Source of the DNA: Pseudomonadota bacterium
GTDB taxonomy: Bacteria; Pseudomonadota; Alphaproteobacteria; Rhizobiales; Xanthobacteraceae
NCBI GenBank assembly: GCA_963205465.1
Contig: CAUJKG010000020.1
Coordinates: 1-46,498, forward strand
Reading direction: 5' to 3'
DNA length: 46,498 bases
Positions 18,164-25,440 of the stretch are shown here, piece after piece. Each line of letters begins with the position of its first letter. The first letter of the stretch is position 1. The notes under the pieces are model-generated. The model did not search any database and had not been told where the DNA came from. It saw only the letters and a list, made by a program, of their open reading frames with translations. A program made the translations under genes and the position numbers.

Positions 18164-18625
18164 CTAACCGCCGCAACCGCCGATGGTCACTTTGACTTCC
18201 GACTTCGTCGTATGGAGGGAACCGTTCGACATCTCGGCGACACAGACGATGTTTTGCGTCGCGGCGAGCCGCATGCGGAACGATACCGCCGCCTTTCCGG
18301 AAGCCGGCGTGAAGCGATAGGTCACCACGCCCGGCAACGGATTGCCGTCGGCGAAAACATGGATCGCCTTGACATAATCCGCATCGGTCATCGGGCTTTC
18401 GACCTCGACGGTCACGGGCACGACTAGTCCGTTCTCCGCGATTTGCGGAACGTCGAGCTTGATCTTGCCCGAGCCGATTGCCTTGTCGCCGTAAAGCTTT
18501 TTGATCTCGGCTTCGACGGCTGCGGCGGTCGCTTGGGCAAGGTTAGGAATCACGAGCAGTAGCGGTGCGGTAGCCAATCCCGTAAGGATCTGGCGACGCG
18601 ACGCAACCGGCTTGATTTGCGCCAT
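18164..18625 (-). CDS. soxY: Sulfur-carrier protein SoxY
   Basis: Ends in the diagnostic GGCGG swinging-arm motif (VKVTIGGCGG) and has the Tat signal ASRRQILTGLATAPLL. Trimmed to ATG 18625, which is preceded by AAGGAGAC. Confidence 0.95.
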   Translation of the reverse strand: MAQIKPVASRRQILTGLATAPLLLVIPNLAQATAAAVEAEIKKLYGDKAIGSGKIKLDVPQIAENGLVVPVTVEVESPMTDADYVKAIHVFADGNPLPGVVTYRFTPASGKAAVSFRMRLAATQNIVCVAEMSNGSLHTTKSEVKVTIGGCGG

Positions 18626-18675
18626 TCGAGGTCTCCTTGGTGTTTCGCAGAGTCTGCTTGTAGCAGAACTAATTG

Positions 18676-18712
18676 TTACACATATTCTCATATTAAATTT
18701 TTCATATGTAAA
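18676..18712. promoter_or_regulatory. AT-rich repeat cluster in the soxY/soxS divergent region; candidate SoxR (ArsR-type) operator
   Basis: The sequence is TTACACATATTCTCATATTAAATTTTTCATATGTAAA. It has CATAT three times: CATATT-CT-CATATT in tandem, then CATATG. The outer arms TTACAcATAT / ATATGTAA form an imperfect inverted repeat. Confidence 0.4.
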
Positions 18713-18748
18713 GACCCCCTCGTCGTGTTAGGCGCTACTATCGAACAA

Positions 18749-19135
18749 ATGCAGAGAAGAACGGTGTTGAAAGCAGCGATTGTCGGGCTAGCGCTTCTGG
18801 TTGCGCCGGTGGCGAGCGGGCTTTGCGGCACCCTTCGCGCTGCGGAACTCGTTATGTTCGAACACGCGGGCTGCCCCTGGTGCCAGATGTGGCATCGCGA
18901 AATCGGCCCGATCTATCCGAAAACCGACGAAGGCAAGCAGGCTCCCCTGCGCCGCATAACCCTCGCCCCGGCCATGAAGCTCGACTTCGTGCTTCGGGAA
19001 CCGGTAGTAGCGACCCCGACCTTCGTTCTGGTAGAAAACGGCAAGGAAGTCGGCAGGCTTACCGGCTACCGGGACGACGAATCCTTCTGGGGGTTGCTCG
19101 GCGTTCTGCTGAAACAACTGCCGCCTGCGAGCTGA
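18749..19135 (+). CDS. soxS: Periplasmic thioredoxin-fold protein SoxS-like (CPWC)
   Basis: Signal peptide MQRRTVLKAAIVGLALLVAPVASG and the redox motif GCPWCQ; about 128 aa. Trimmed to ATG 18749. It lies divergent from soxY and upstream of soxR. Confidence 0.75.
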   Translation: MQRRTVLKAAIVGLALLVAPVASGLCGTLRAAELVMFEHAGCPWCQMWHREIGPIYPKTDEGKQAPLRRITLAPAMKLDFVLREPVVATPTFVLVENGKEVGRLTGYRDDESFWGLLGVLLKQLPPAS

Positions 19136-19154
19136 GTTTCATTTCGAGGACGAC

Positions 19155-19532
19155 ATGACTGGAATCGTATCGAAGTCGATCGAACGGGAATTGCGCGACG
19201 GCGCGGAATATTCCGACGAACTCGATCAGTTGATGCGAAACGCCCGCTCGGCGAGCGATTTTCTCAAGGCGCTTTCCCACGAAAGCCGCCTGTTGCTGCT
19301 CTGCCTGCTTGCCGAAGGCGAGCGCTCGGTGACGGAGCTTGAGAACATTCTTTCCCTGCGCCAGCCTACGGTTTCGCAGCAGCTTGCGCGGCTCCGCTTC
19401 GACGGCATGGTCACGACGCGCCGCGAAGGCAAGACGATCTATTACAGCATCGCCAATGACAACGTGCGGCAAGTCATATCGGTCATCTACAATATCTTCT
19501 GCGAAGTCCCGCAGAACAAGAAGCAAGAATAG
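19155..19532 (+). CDS. soxR: ArsR/SmtB-family repressor (SoxR)
   Basis: ArsR wHTH core (LKALSHESRLLLLCLLAEGERSVTELENILSLRQPTVSQQLARLRFDGMV), located inside the sox locus. Confidence 0.85.
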   Translation: MTGIVSKSIERELRDGAEYSDELDQLMRNARSASDFLKALSHESRLLLLCLLAEGERSVTELENILSLRQPTVSQQLARLRFDGMVTTRREGKTIYYSIANDNVRQVISVIYNIFCEVPQNKKQE

Positions 19533-19574
19533 CTTGCGCGTACGCGGTTCGCGTCACACCGAACGGACGAGCGA

Positions 19575-20651
19575 ATGGAAGTCTCCCATGTATGGCTTGT
19601 TTCGCTGTGCGGATTTGCTCTTGGCGTCATTGCCGGTGCGGTAACGCAACGCTCCAGACTCTGTTCGTTCGGCGCAATCGAAGATGCCGCGGTCGCCGGC
19701 GACACCCGCAGACTGCGCGTGTTCGGATTGGCGCTCGGCGTCGCGGTTCTTTTCACGCAAGCGCTGATCGTTACAGGCTATCTTGAGCCGCTCAACACCA
19801 CCTATGTCGCCAGCGGCCTGCCCTGGATCGGCCTGATCGTCGGCGGCCTCTTGTTCGGCCTCGGCATGGCATTGGTCGGCACCTGCAGCTTCGGTTCGCT
19901 GGTTCGTCTCGGCTCCGGCGACCTGCGCAGTCTCGTCGTCATTATCGTCTTTGCGGCAACGGCGCTGGCGGTGCTGCGCGGTGTTTTCGCCGATGTCCGG
20001 CTCGGGATATTCGAAGCGTTTCCGCTTCGCTTCGGTGCGAAGACCCAATCCGATTTGCCTTCTGTGCTGGCCGACGCGTTCCACACAAATCTTCGCCTGG
20101 CGCTCGCGATTGTTATCGGTCTTTCGCTGATTGCGCTCGCCTTCGCGCATCCCAAACTGCGCAAGTCGCCTCGCCTGCTGATTGCCGGTATCGCGCTCGG
20201 GCTTTGCGTCGGTCTTGGCTGGGTCGCGACGGCCGTGCTGGTCGACGAGTTCGCTGCGCCGCAACGACCGCAGAGTCTCACTTTCGTGGCGCCGGTAGCG
20301 CGGATGCTTTATGGCGCGCTCTTGTCACCATCGACTCTGCTGGAGTTTGGAGTCTGGAATGTCGTCGGGGTCGTTTGCGGCTCGTGGATTTCAGCACTGT
20401 ATTTGAAAGAATTCCGCTGGGAGGCATTCGACGACCAGCACGAGATGCGGCGGCACCTCGGCGGCGCAGCATTGATGGGTATCGGTGGAATCCTTGCCGG
20501 AGGTTGCACCATCGGACAGGGGCTTACGGCCGGTTCGCTGCTCGCGCTATCCTGGCCGCTTGCGGTCGCCGGAATGATCATCGGCGCGAGGATAGGTATT
20601 GCGGTCCTGTTCGAAGGATCGTTTCGCGGCGTGGTGCGCCGCTTCTTTTAA
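19575..20651 (+). CDS. soxT: YeeE/YedE-family sulfur-compound (thiosulfate) transporter, SoxT-like
   Basis: 358-aa polytopic protein with the repeated Cys-containing motifs of the family (RLCSFGA, GTCSFGS, GGCTIGQG). Confidence 0.8.
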   Translation: MEVSHVWLVSLCGFALGVIAGAVTQRSRLCSFGAIEDAAVAGDTRRLRVFGLALGVAVLFTQALIVTGYLEPLNTTYVASGLPWIGLIVGGLLFGLGMALVGTCSFGSLVRLGSGDLRSLVVIIVFAATALAVLRGVFADVRLGIFEAFPLRFGAKTQSDLPSVLADAFHTNLRLALAIVIGLSLIALAFAHPKLRKSPRLLIAGIALGLCVGLGWVATAVLVDEFAAPQRPQSLTFVAPVARMLYGALLSPSTLLEFGVWNVVGVVCGSWISALYLKEFRWEAFDDQHEMRRHLGGAALMGIGGILAGGCTIGQGLTAGSLLALSWPLAVAGMIIGARIGIAVLFEGSFRGVVRRFF

Positions 20652-20680
20652 AGTCCTGCGCAAAACGCATCTTTCCATTC

Positions 20681-20694
20681 GTATGTTTATATGT
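20681..20694 (+). promoter_or_regulatory. Tandem GTATGT-TT-ATATGT upstream of soxA; candidate SoxR operator half
   Basis: It lies 67 nt upstream of the soxA ATG in an AT-rich stretch. The reverse complement of 18680-18696 (AATATGAGAATATGTGT) shows the same 8-bp-spaced TATG...ATATGT pattern. Confidence 0.35.
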
Positions 20695-20723
20695 ATTCTA
20701 ATCCTGCCCAAGCAATAAAACTT

Positions 20724-20739
20724 GTTCTAATAAAAGAAC
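20724..20739. promoter_or_regulatory. Inverted repeat GTTCT-AATAAA-AGAAC upstream of soxA
   Basis: Perfect 5-bp arms with a 6-nt AT spacer, 22 nt upstream of the soxA ATG and just before the GGAGGAAG RBS. Confidence 0.3.
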
Positions 20740-20760
20740 TGGGCATGGAGGAAGCCACTC

Positions 20761-21582
20761 ATGAAATTCGGGCGAATTGTGCTTGCCGTTCTTTGCGCGA
20801 GCTTTGCGCTGTCGAGCGCTGCGATCGCGCAGGACGACGCGGAAAAGGCGATTGAGCAATACCGCAAGAAGCTGAAGGAAGACCCCTGGAGCAACCCGGG
20901 ACTCCTTGATGCAGACCGCGGCGAAGTCTTATGGAAAACGCCGCGCGGCCCGAACAATGTCTCGCTGGAGAAATGCGATCTCGGAAAAGGTCCGGGTGTC
21001 GTCGACGGCGCGTTCGCCGAACTGCCGCGCTTCTTCGAAGACGCCGGCAAGGTCATGGATGTCGAGACCCGAATCCTCTGGTGCATGGTGAACCTGCAAG
21101 GCTTCAATCGCGCCGACCTCGTCAAAAATCCGCATCCCGCAGGCGGCAAGCCGGTCAAGGAACTGGGCGCTATCGCGACCTATGTGGCGAACAAATCGAA
21201 CGGCATGAAGTTCGCGGCCAAGCTCGACACGCCGCAGGCGAAGCCGGTCGTGAAACTGGGTGAAGAACTTTTCTTCCGGCGCTCCGGCCCGTTCGACTTC
21301 TCCTGCGCGAGTTGCCATTCCAACCCGGGCCAGCGCATTCGCCTGCAAGCCCTGCCCCATCTGTCGGACCCGAAAGAAGCGAGGATCGCGGTCGGCGAAT
21401 GGCCGGGCTATCGCGTATCCAGCAGCCACGTCATGACCATGCAGCATCGCGTGTACGACTGCTATTGGCAGATGCGCATGCCGCGGGTCGAACTCGGCTC
21501 GGATGCGACCGTCGCCATCATCGCCTATCTCACCAAGCAGGCTGAAGGCGGTGAAATCTCCGCTCCCAGCATCAAGCGCTGA
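20761..21582 (+). CDS. soxA: SoxA subunit of the SoxAX cytochrome complex (single-haem type)
   Basis: Signal peptide, one CASCH motif, and the conserved cysteine-ligand context HRVYDCYWQMRMP. The position of the N-terminal haem site found in dihaem SoxA reads EKCDLGKG, with no CxxCH. Confidence 0.95.
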   Translation: MKFGRIVLAVLCASFALSSAAIAQDDAEKAIEQYRKKLKEDPWSNPGLLDADRGEVLWKTPRGPNNVSLEKCDLGKGPGVVDGAFAELPRFFEDAGKVMDVETRILWCMVNLQGFNRADLVKNPHPAGGKPVKELGAIATYVANKSNGMKFAAKLDTPQAKPVVKLGEELFFRRSGPFDFSCASCHSNPGQRIRLQALPHLSDPKEARIAVGEWPGYRVSSSHVMTMQHRVYDCYWQMRMPRVELGSDATVAIIAYLTKQAEGGEISAPSIKR

Positions 21583-21591
21583 TCCGGGAGC

Positions 21592-22209
21592 ATGAACATG
21601 CGAAACATCTTCAACGCTGCCGTTCTGACCATTATTGCACTGGCTGCTCCCGGCGCTCTCGCGCAGCAGGCCGTCCCTTCCGCGGACGCCGCCATCGCCG
21701 CCGCCTTCGCGGCCGCGCCCGCCGATTGGAAAGACCGGCTCACGCCCGATCAGACGATGAAGGTCTGCTCCGAGCACAAGAACCATCCGCCCGCGAAGGA
21801 AGCGGAGGAAATCCAGAAGAGAGCGCAGGCTGCAATCGAATATCCGGCCGATGGCAAGTTTCTCGGCGACTGGAAGAAAGGCGAGTCGCTCGCCCAATCC
21901 GGTTACGGCCTTCGTTTCAGCGACTATCCGCCGACACGCCAGAACGGTGGCAATTGCTATGCCTGTCATCAGCTTGCCGCGCGCGAACTCAGCTTCGGCA
22001 CCATTGGCCCGAGCCTTTTGAACTACGGCAAGCTCCGCGACTTCAAAGAGTCCGAAGTCAAAGCGCTTTACGAGCGCATTTACAATTCGCAGGCCGTCCT
22101 GCCCTGCTCCAACATGCCACGCTTCGGCGCGAATAAGATCCTTACCATCGATCAGATCAAGGATATCGTCGCGCTGCTGATGAGCCCCGACAGTCCGGTT
22201 AACAAATAG
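21592..22209 (+). CDS. soxX: SoxX subunit of the SoxAX cytochrome complex (long form)
   Basis: Signal peptide, haem motif NCYACHQL and distal Met context (CSNMPRFG). It starts 9 nt downstream of soxA. Confidence 0.9.
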   Translation: MNMRNIFNAAVLTIIALAAPGALAQQAVPSADAAIAAAFAAAPADWKDRLTPDQTMKVCSEHKNHPPAKEAEEIQKRAQAAIEYPADGKFLGDWKKGESLAQSGYGLRFSDYPPTRQNGGNCYACHQLAARELSFGTIGPSLLNYGKLRDFKESEVKALYERIYNSQAVLPCSNMPRFGANKILTIDQIKDIVALLMSPDSPVNK

Positions 22210-22256
22210 CGCGAGGCCGGAAGCCCGGCCAAAAAGAAACGCTCCCAAGAGAATTC

Positions 22257-22293
22257 GGCCTCACCCATCGGGTGCGGGCCGGATTGCTTTTTT
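22257..22293 (+). terminator. Probable rho-independent terminator after soxX
   Basis: GGCC-t-CACCC-atc-GGGTG-cg-GGCC hairpin, then GGATTGC and TTTTTT (22288-22293). Confidence 0.5.
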
Positions 22294-22335
22294 CCGCACC
22301 GTCGAGAATTCTGCAACCTCGAGAAGGAGTGCATT

Positions 22336-22845
22336 ATGAAAAACAGGCGCGAAGTATTCGGAGCGCTGATCGGCACCGGCGCGGTGCTGGCGGCGGGCTC
22401 TGCGGCCGCGAACCCGACCGCGCTCGATCTCAACAGTTTGAAGCGGGATACGGATATCGCTTGCCTCTATCACTGCGACTTCGGCAATCCCGCGCGCTTC
22501 TCGCAGATGCTCCAGAACATGCTCAACCACTATTCAGCTTATGACTTCGACCCGCTGAAGCTGAAACTCGTCATCGTCGCGCATGGCGCCGGCATCAAAT
22601 TCTTCCTCGAAGACCTCGCTGACACGCCTTGGGAGAAAGAAAGCATCGACCCCGACCTCTACAAGCGCTTTACCGGAATCACAAAATACGGCGTCGAAGC
22701 CTATCTGTGCCGGATCACCTACCAGCGCCTGAAGATCGATCCGGCGAAGACGCGAAAGGACGCCTTCCTGAAATTCGTGCCATCCGGCGTCGCAACGGTC
22801 GGGGAATTGCAGACCAAGGGCTTCGGCTACCTGAAAGTGGGGTAA
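22336..22845 (+). CDS. DsrE/DsrF-like (COG1416-type) protein with an N-terminal twin-arginine/Sec-type signal
   Basis: The core matches the DsrE-like pattern as I remember it (VIVAHGAGIKFF..., YLCRITY..., FVPSGVATVGELQTKGFGYLKV). The N-terminus is MKNRREVFGALIGTGAVLAAGSAAANP. GAAGGAG RBS. Confidence 0.75.
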   Translation: MKNRREVFGALIGTGAVLAAGSAAANPTALDLNSLKRDTDIACLYHCDFGNPARFSQMLQNMLNHYSAYDFDPLKLKLVIVAHGAGIKFFLEDLADTPWEKESIDPDLYKRFTGITKYGVEAYLCRITYQRLKIDPAKTRKDAFLKFVPSGVATVGELQTKGFGYLKVG

Positions 22846-22865
22846 TGCCTTTTCGGGATCATGTT

Positions 22866-23366
22866 CTAAAAATCCAGCTTGTCGCGGATCGCTTCAATGC
22901 CGGCCTTTGCGCAAGCCGCATCGGCGTCGCCGCCTGGCGCGCCGGATACGCCCACCGCTCCGACCAGCGCACCGCTTGCTTCCACCAGCACGCCTCCGCC
23001 AACAATCACAACACCGGGTAGATTGCGGATTCCGGCCTGCGGCGATCCTGGTTCCGTCCCGGTAACAAGCTCATGCGTGTTGGTCCGGAAACTCGCTGCC
23101 GTATATGCCTTTCCGGTCGCCGTGGTGACGGTGTGGGCGCCCGCAAAGCGATCGCGTAGCAAAACCTGCACGACGCCGAACCGGTCGGTGACGGCGACGG
23201 TGACCTGATAACCGCGCTTCTGACAATCCGCGAGAGCCGCGCGGGCAAGCTCGAGCGCGGTTCCGGGGCTGAGCGTCTTGTGCGTCACCAGTGCGTCTTC
23301 TGCGAGCGCAGGCTGCGCGGCAGCAAAAGATAGCGCGAGGATTCCAGCGAGCACGGACTTTTTCAT
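22866..23366 (-). CDS. GlcG/HbpS-like (DUF336) haem-binding-type protein, secreted
   Basis: Sec signal MKKSVLAGILALSFAAAQPALA and the DUF336 core (VTVAVTDRFGVV..., GGGVLVEASGALVGAVGVSGAPGGDADAAC). Trimmed to ATG 23366, which is preceded by GGGAGAG. Confidence 0.85.
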   Translation of the reverse strand: MKKSVLAGILALSFAAAQPALAEDALVTHKTLSPGTALELARAALADCQKRGYQVTVAVTDRFGVVQVLLRDRFAGAHTVTTATGKAYTAASFRTNTHELVTGTEPGSPQAGIRNLPGVVIVGGGVLVEASGALVGAVGVSGAPGGDADAACAKAGIEAIRDKLDF

Positions 23367-23513
23367 GTTCTCTCCCTTCTCGGTCTGCAGACAGCAAGCA
23401 ACATCGCAACAGGGTAACGAACCCAATCGAAAAAGCGAGCGTAGAAATACCGCGCCCCTAAGCGCGATCTCGGCCTAGCGAAAAGTCGAGAATTGCAGCG
23501 GTCCTGCCCGCGC

Positions 23514-23554
23514 AAAACAAAACCGGCGGAACGAGCAAACGCTCATTCCGCCGG
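23514..23554 (-). terminator. Rho-independent terminator ending the Mo-hydroxylase/ABC/YciI operon
   Basis: On the minus strand the sequence is CCGGCGGAAtGAGCgtttGCTCgTTCCGCCGG followed by TTTTGTTTT. It begins about 38 nt after the YciI stop. Confidence 0.8.
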
Positions 23555-23593
23555 TGAACTGAAAGTCGCTGGATCGTAACGATCGAGCGCTGT

Positions 23594-23887
23594 TCACCCC
23601 CGCAAGGTCACCTTGCAGGGCTTGATTTCCACCGAACCGAAAATCCCGGCAGCCGCGAACGGATCGCCCGCCACGAATTGCTCGACCGATGCACGGTCGG
23701 CGGCCCGGACGATCAGGAACGTGCCGGCGGAATTCTTCTCGTCGGCTGTCAGCGGACCACCGACATCGATCTGCACATTGCCATGCGTCTTCTTGAGGTA
23801 AGCGACGTGCGCTTCACGATGCTGGGCGCGAAGATCTTCGGCGCCCTGTTTGTCATGCGCGATAACGAGAAACGATAACTCGGACAT
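23594..23887 (-). CDS. YciI-family protein
   Basis: 97 aa with YciI-like sequence (FLVIAHDKQGAEDLRAQHREAHVAYL...GGPL...GTFLIVRA...FVAGDPF). It starts 18 nt downstream of the ABC ATPase gene. Confidence 0.85.
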   Translation of the reverse strand: MSELSFLVIAHDKQGAEDLRAQHREAHVAYLKKTHGNVQIDVGGPLTADEKNSAGTFLIVRAADRASVEQFVAGDPFAAAGIFGSVEIKPCKVTLRG

Positions 23888-23905
23888 TGCTGTTACACTT
23901 CCTTA

Positions 23906-24670
23906 TCAGGCCATGCGCTTTTCGCCGGCCAGCACTTCAATGATCTTCTCGCGGAGCTGTACTTTCTCTTGCTCCGAAGTGTCCTTGGTCAGACGCGCTT
24001 CGAAAGCGATCTTCGCCGGACGATGAAAAACGACGATGCGATCGCCGATCTCGAGCGCCTCGTTGATCGAATGCGTGATGAAAAGCGCGGTATTATGGTT
24101 CTGCTTGGTGATACGGACGAACTCCGCACGCAGGTCACGCGCCGTCATTTCGTCGAGCGCGGAAAACGGCTCGTCGCAGAGCAGAAGTTCCGGCTGCACG
24201 GCAAAAGCACGAGCCAGCGATACGCGCTGACGCATGCCGCCCGACAAAGCGTGCGGATAGTCGTTTTCGTGCGCAGAAAGGCCGAGCCGAGCCAGCCATC
24301 CCTTGGCGATCTCGACCGACTCCTGCCGCGGACGGTCGAGAATTTCGAGACCCAGGAGCACGTTGTCGAGCGCGGTGCGCCAGGGCATCAGCCGGTCGTT
24401 CTGAAACACGATGCCGATACGTCCGCGGAAATATTCGAAATCCGTGAACGGGTCGTGCCCGTTGGTCCGCACCGTTCCGCTGGTCGGCGCGATAAGACCC
24501 GACAGCAGATTGAACATGGTCGACTTGCCGCAGCCGGTTTTACCGAGCACGGCGACGATCTCCCCTTTCGCGACGTTGAAGGTGAGATCATCGACCGCGA
24601 CGAAGTCTCCGCCATCGGTCTGGCTTCGAAACGTCTTCCTGACGCTGGTGAACTCCACGACGTTCGTCAT
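23906..24670 (-). CDS. ABC transporter ATP-binding protein, NitT/TauT family (second system)
   Basis: Walker A GKTGCGKST, signature LSGGMRQR, Walker B LLCDEPFSALD. The ATG shares 1 nt with the permease stop (TAATG). Confidence 0.9.
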   Translation of the reverse strand: MTNVVEFTSVRKTFRSQTDGGDFVAVDDLTFNVAKGEIVAVLGKTGCGKSTMFNLLSGLIAPTSGTVRTNGHDPFTDFEYFRGRIGIVFQNDRLMPWRTALDNVLLGLEILDRPRQESVEIAKGWLARLGLSAHENDYPHALSGGMRQRVSLARAFAVQPELLLCDEPFSALDEMTARDLRAEFVRITKQNHNTALFITHSINEALEIGDRIVVFHRPAKIAFEARLTKDTSEQEKVQLREKIIEVLAGEKRMA

Positions 24671-25440
24671 TACGCCCGCTCCGAAACCGCGCGGTAACGC
24701 AGGAAGTGATTTTCGAGGAAAGTCAAAATCTGCTGCATGACGAGCACAAACAGGACGAGTTGAAGCGTCCAGGCAATCGCACCGGCCATGTCGAACAGTT
24801 GCTGCTGGCGAAGCAGCTGATAGCCAACGCCGCCGGTCGCGCCGACGAGTTCGGCAACGACGACCACACGAGCGGCGTTACCGAGGTTGACGCGCCACGC
24901 CGTGATGATGTCGGGAATGAGCGTCGGCAAATAGAGCATACGAAAAAGCTGCATGCGCCGCGGCCGGAACGACAGCGTCATTTCGTAGAGGTCCTTGGAC
25001 ATCGAGCGGATCGCACCGAGGATCTGGAACGTGAAAGCCGGCAGCGTCGTCATCAGCATGATGAAGAAGATGCGGAATTCGACGCCGTGAAACCAGATGA
25101 TCGCGATCACCACCCATGACAGCGCAGGAATGCCCTGGAGAAAGGTGAGAATTGGCGAGATGTAATTCTCGAGCGTGCGCGACGAGTAGAGCAGAAGAGC
25201 CAGGAACCCGCCGACCACGAATGCGCCCATGAGACCGCCGAAGATGCGGCCGGACGTCATCAGCACGTCGAGAAACATCTCCCAGGAGGTCAATATCTCC
25301 CATACGTATTTCGCGATGGCCGTGACCGGTGGGAACAGGAACGGCGGAAAGAAGAGCGACGCGATCTGCCAGATGGCCGCCAGCCCAACGAGGCTGGCGA
25401 CCGCCTGGACGGCGCGTTTGTTGATGCCGAACGACATCAT
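24670..25440 (-). CDS. ABC transporter permease, NitT/TauT family (second system)
   Basis: 256 aa, six predicted TM segments, EAA-type region (SMSKDLYEMTLSFRPRRMQLFRMLYLPTLIP). ATGA overlap with the SBP stop. Confidence 0.9.
   Translation of the reverse strand: MMSFGINKRAVQAVASLVGLAAIWQIASLFFPPFLFPPVTAIAKYVWEILTSWEMFLDVLMTSGRIFGGLMGAFVVGGFLALLLYSSRTLENYISPILTFLQGIPALSWVVIAIIWFHGVEFRIFFIMLMTTLPAFTFQILGAIRSMSKDLYEMTLSFRPRRMQLFRMLYLPTLIPDIITAWRVNLGNAARVVVVAELVGATGGVGYQLLRQQQLFDMAGAIAWTLQLVLFVLVMQQILTFLENHFLRYRAVSERA

Noticed and set aside
22215-22230. Hairpin GGCCGG-AAGC-CCGGCC immediately after the soxX stop.
   Set aside because: It is followed by AAAAAG rather than a T-tract, so I did not call it a plus-strand terminator. 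The second hairpin, with T6 (22257-22293), is the better candidate.
20929-22248. 439-aa minus-strand ORF.
   Set aside because: It runs antisense to soxA and soxX, which have haem motifs, signal peptides and RBSs. It is a shadow ORF.
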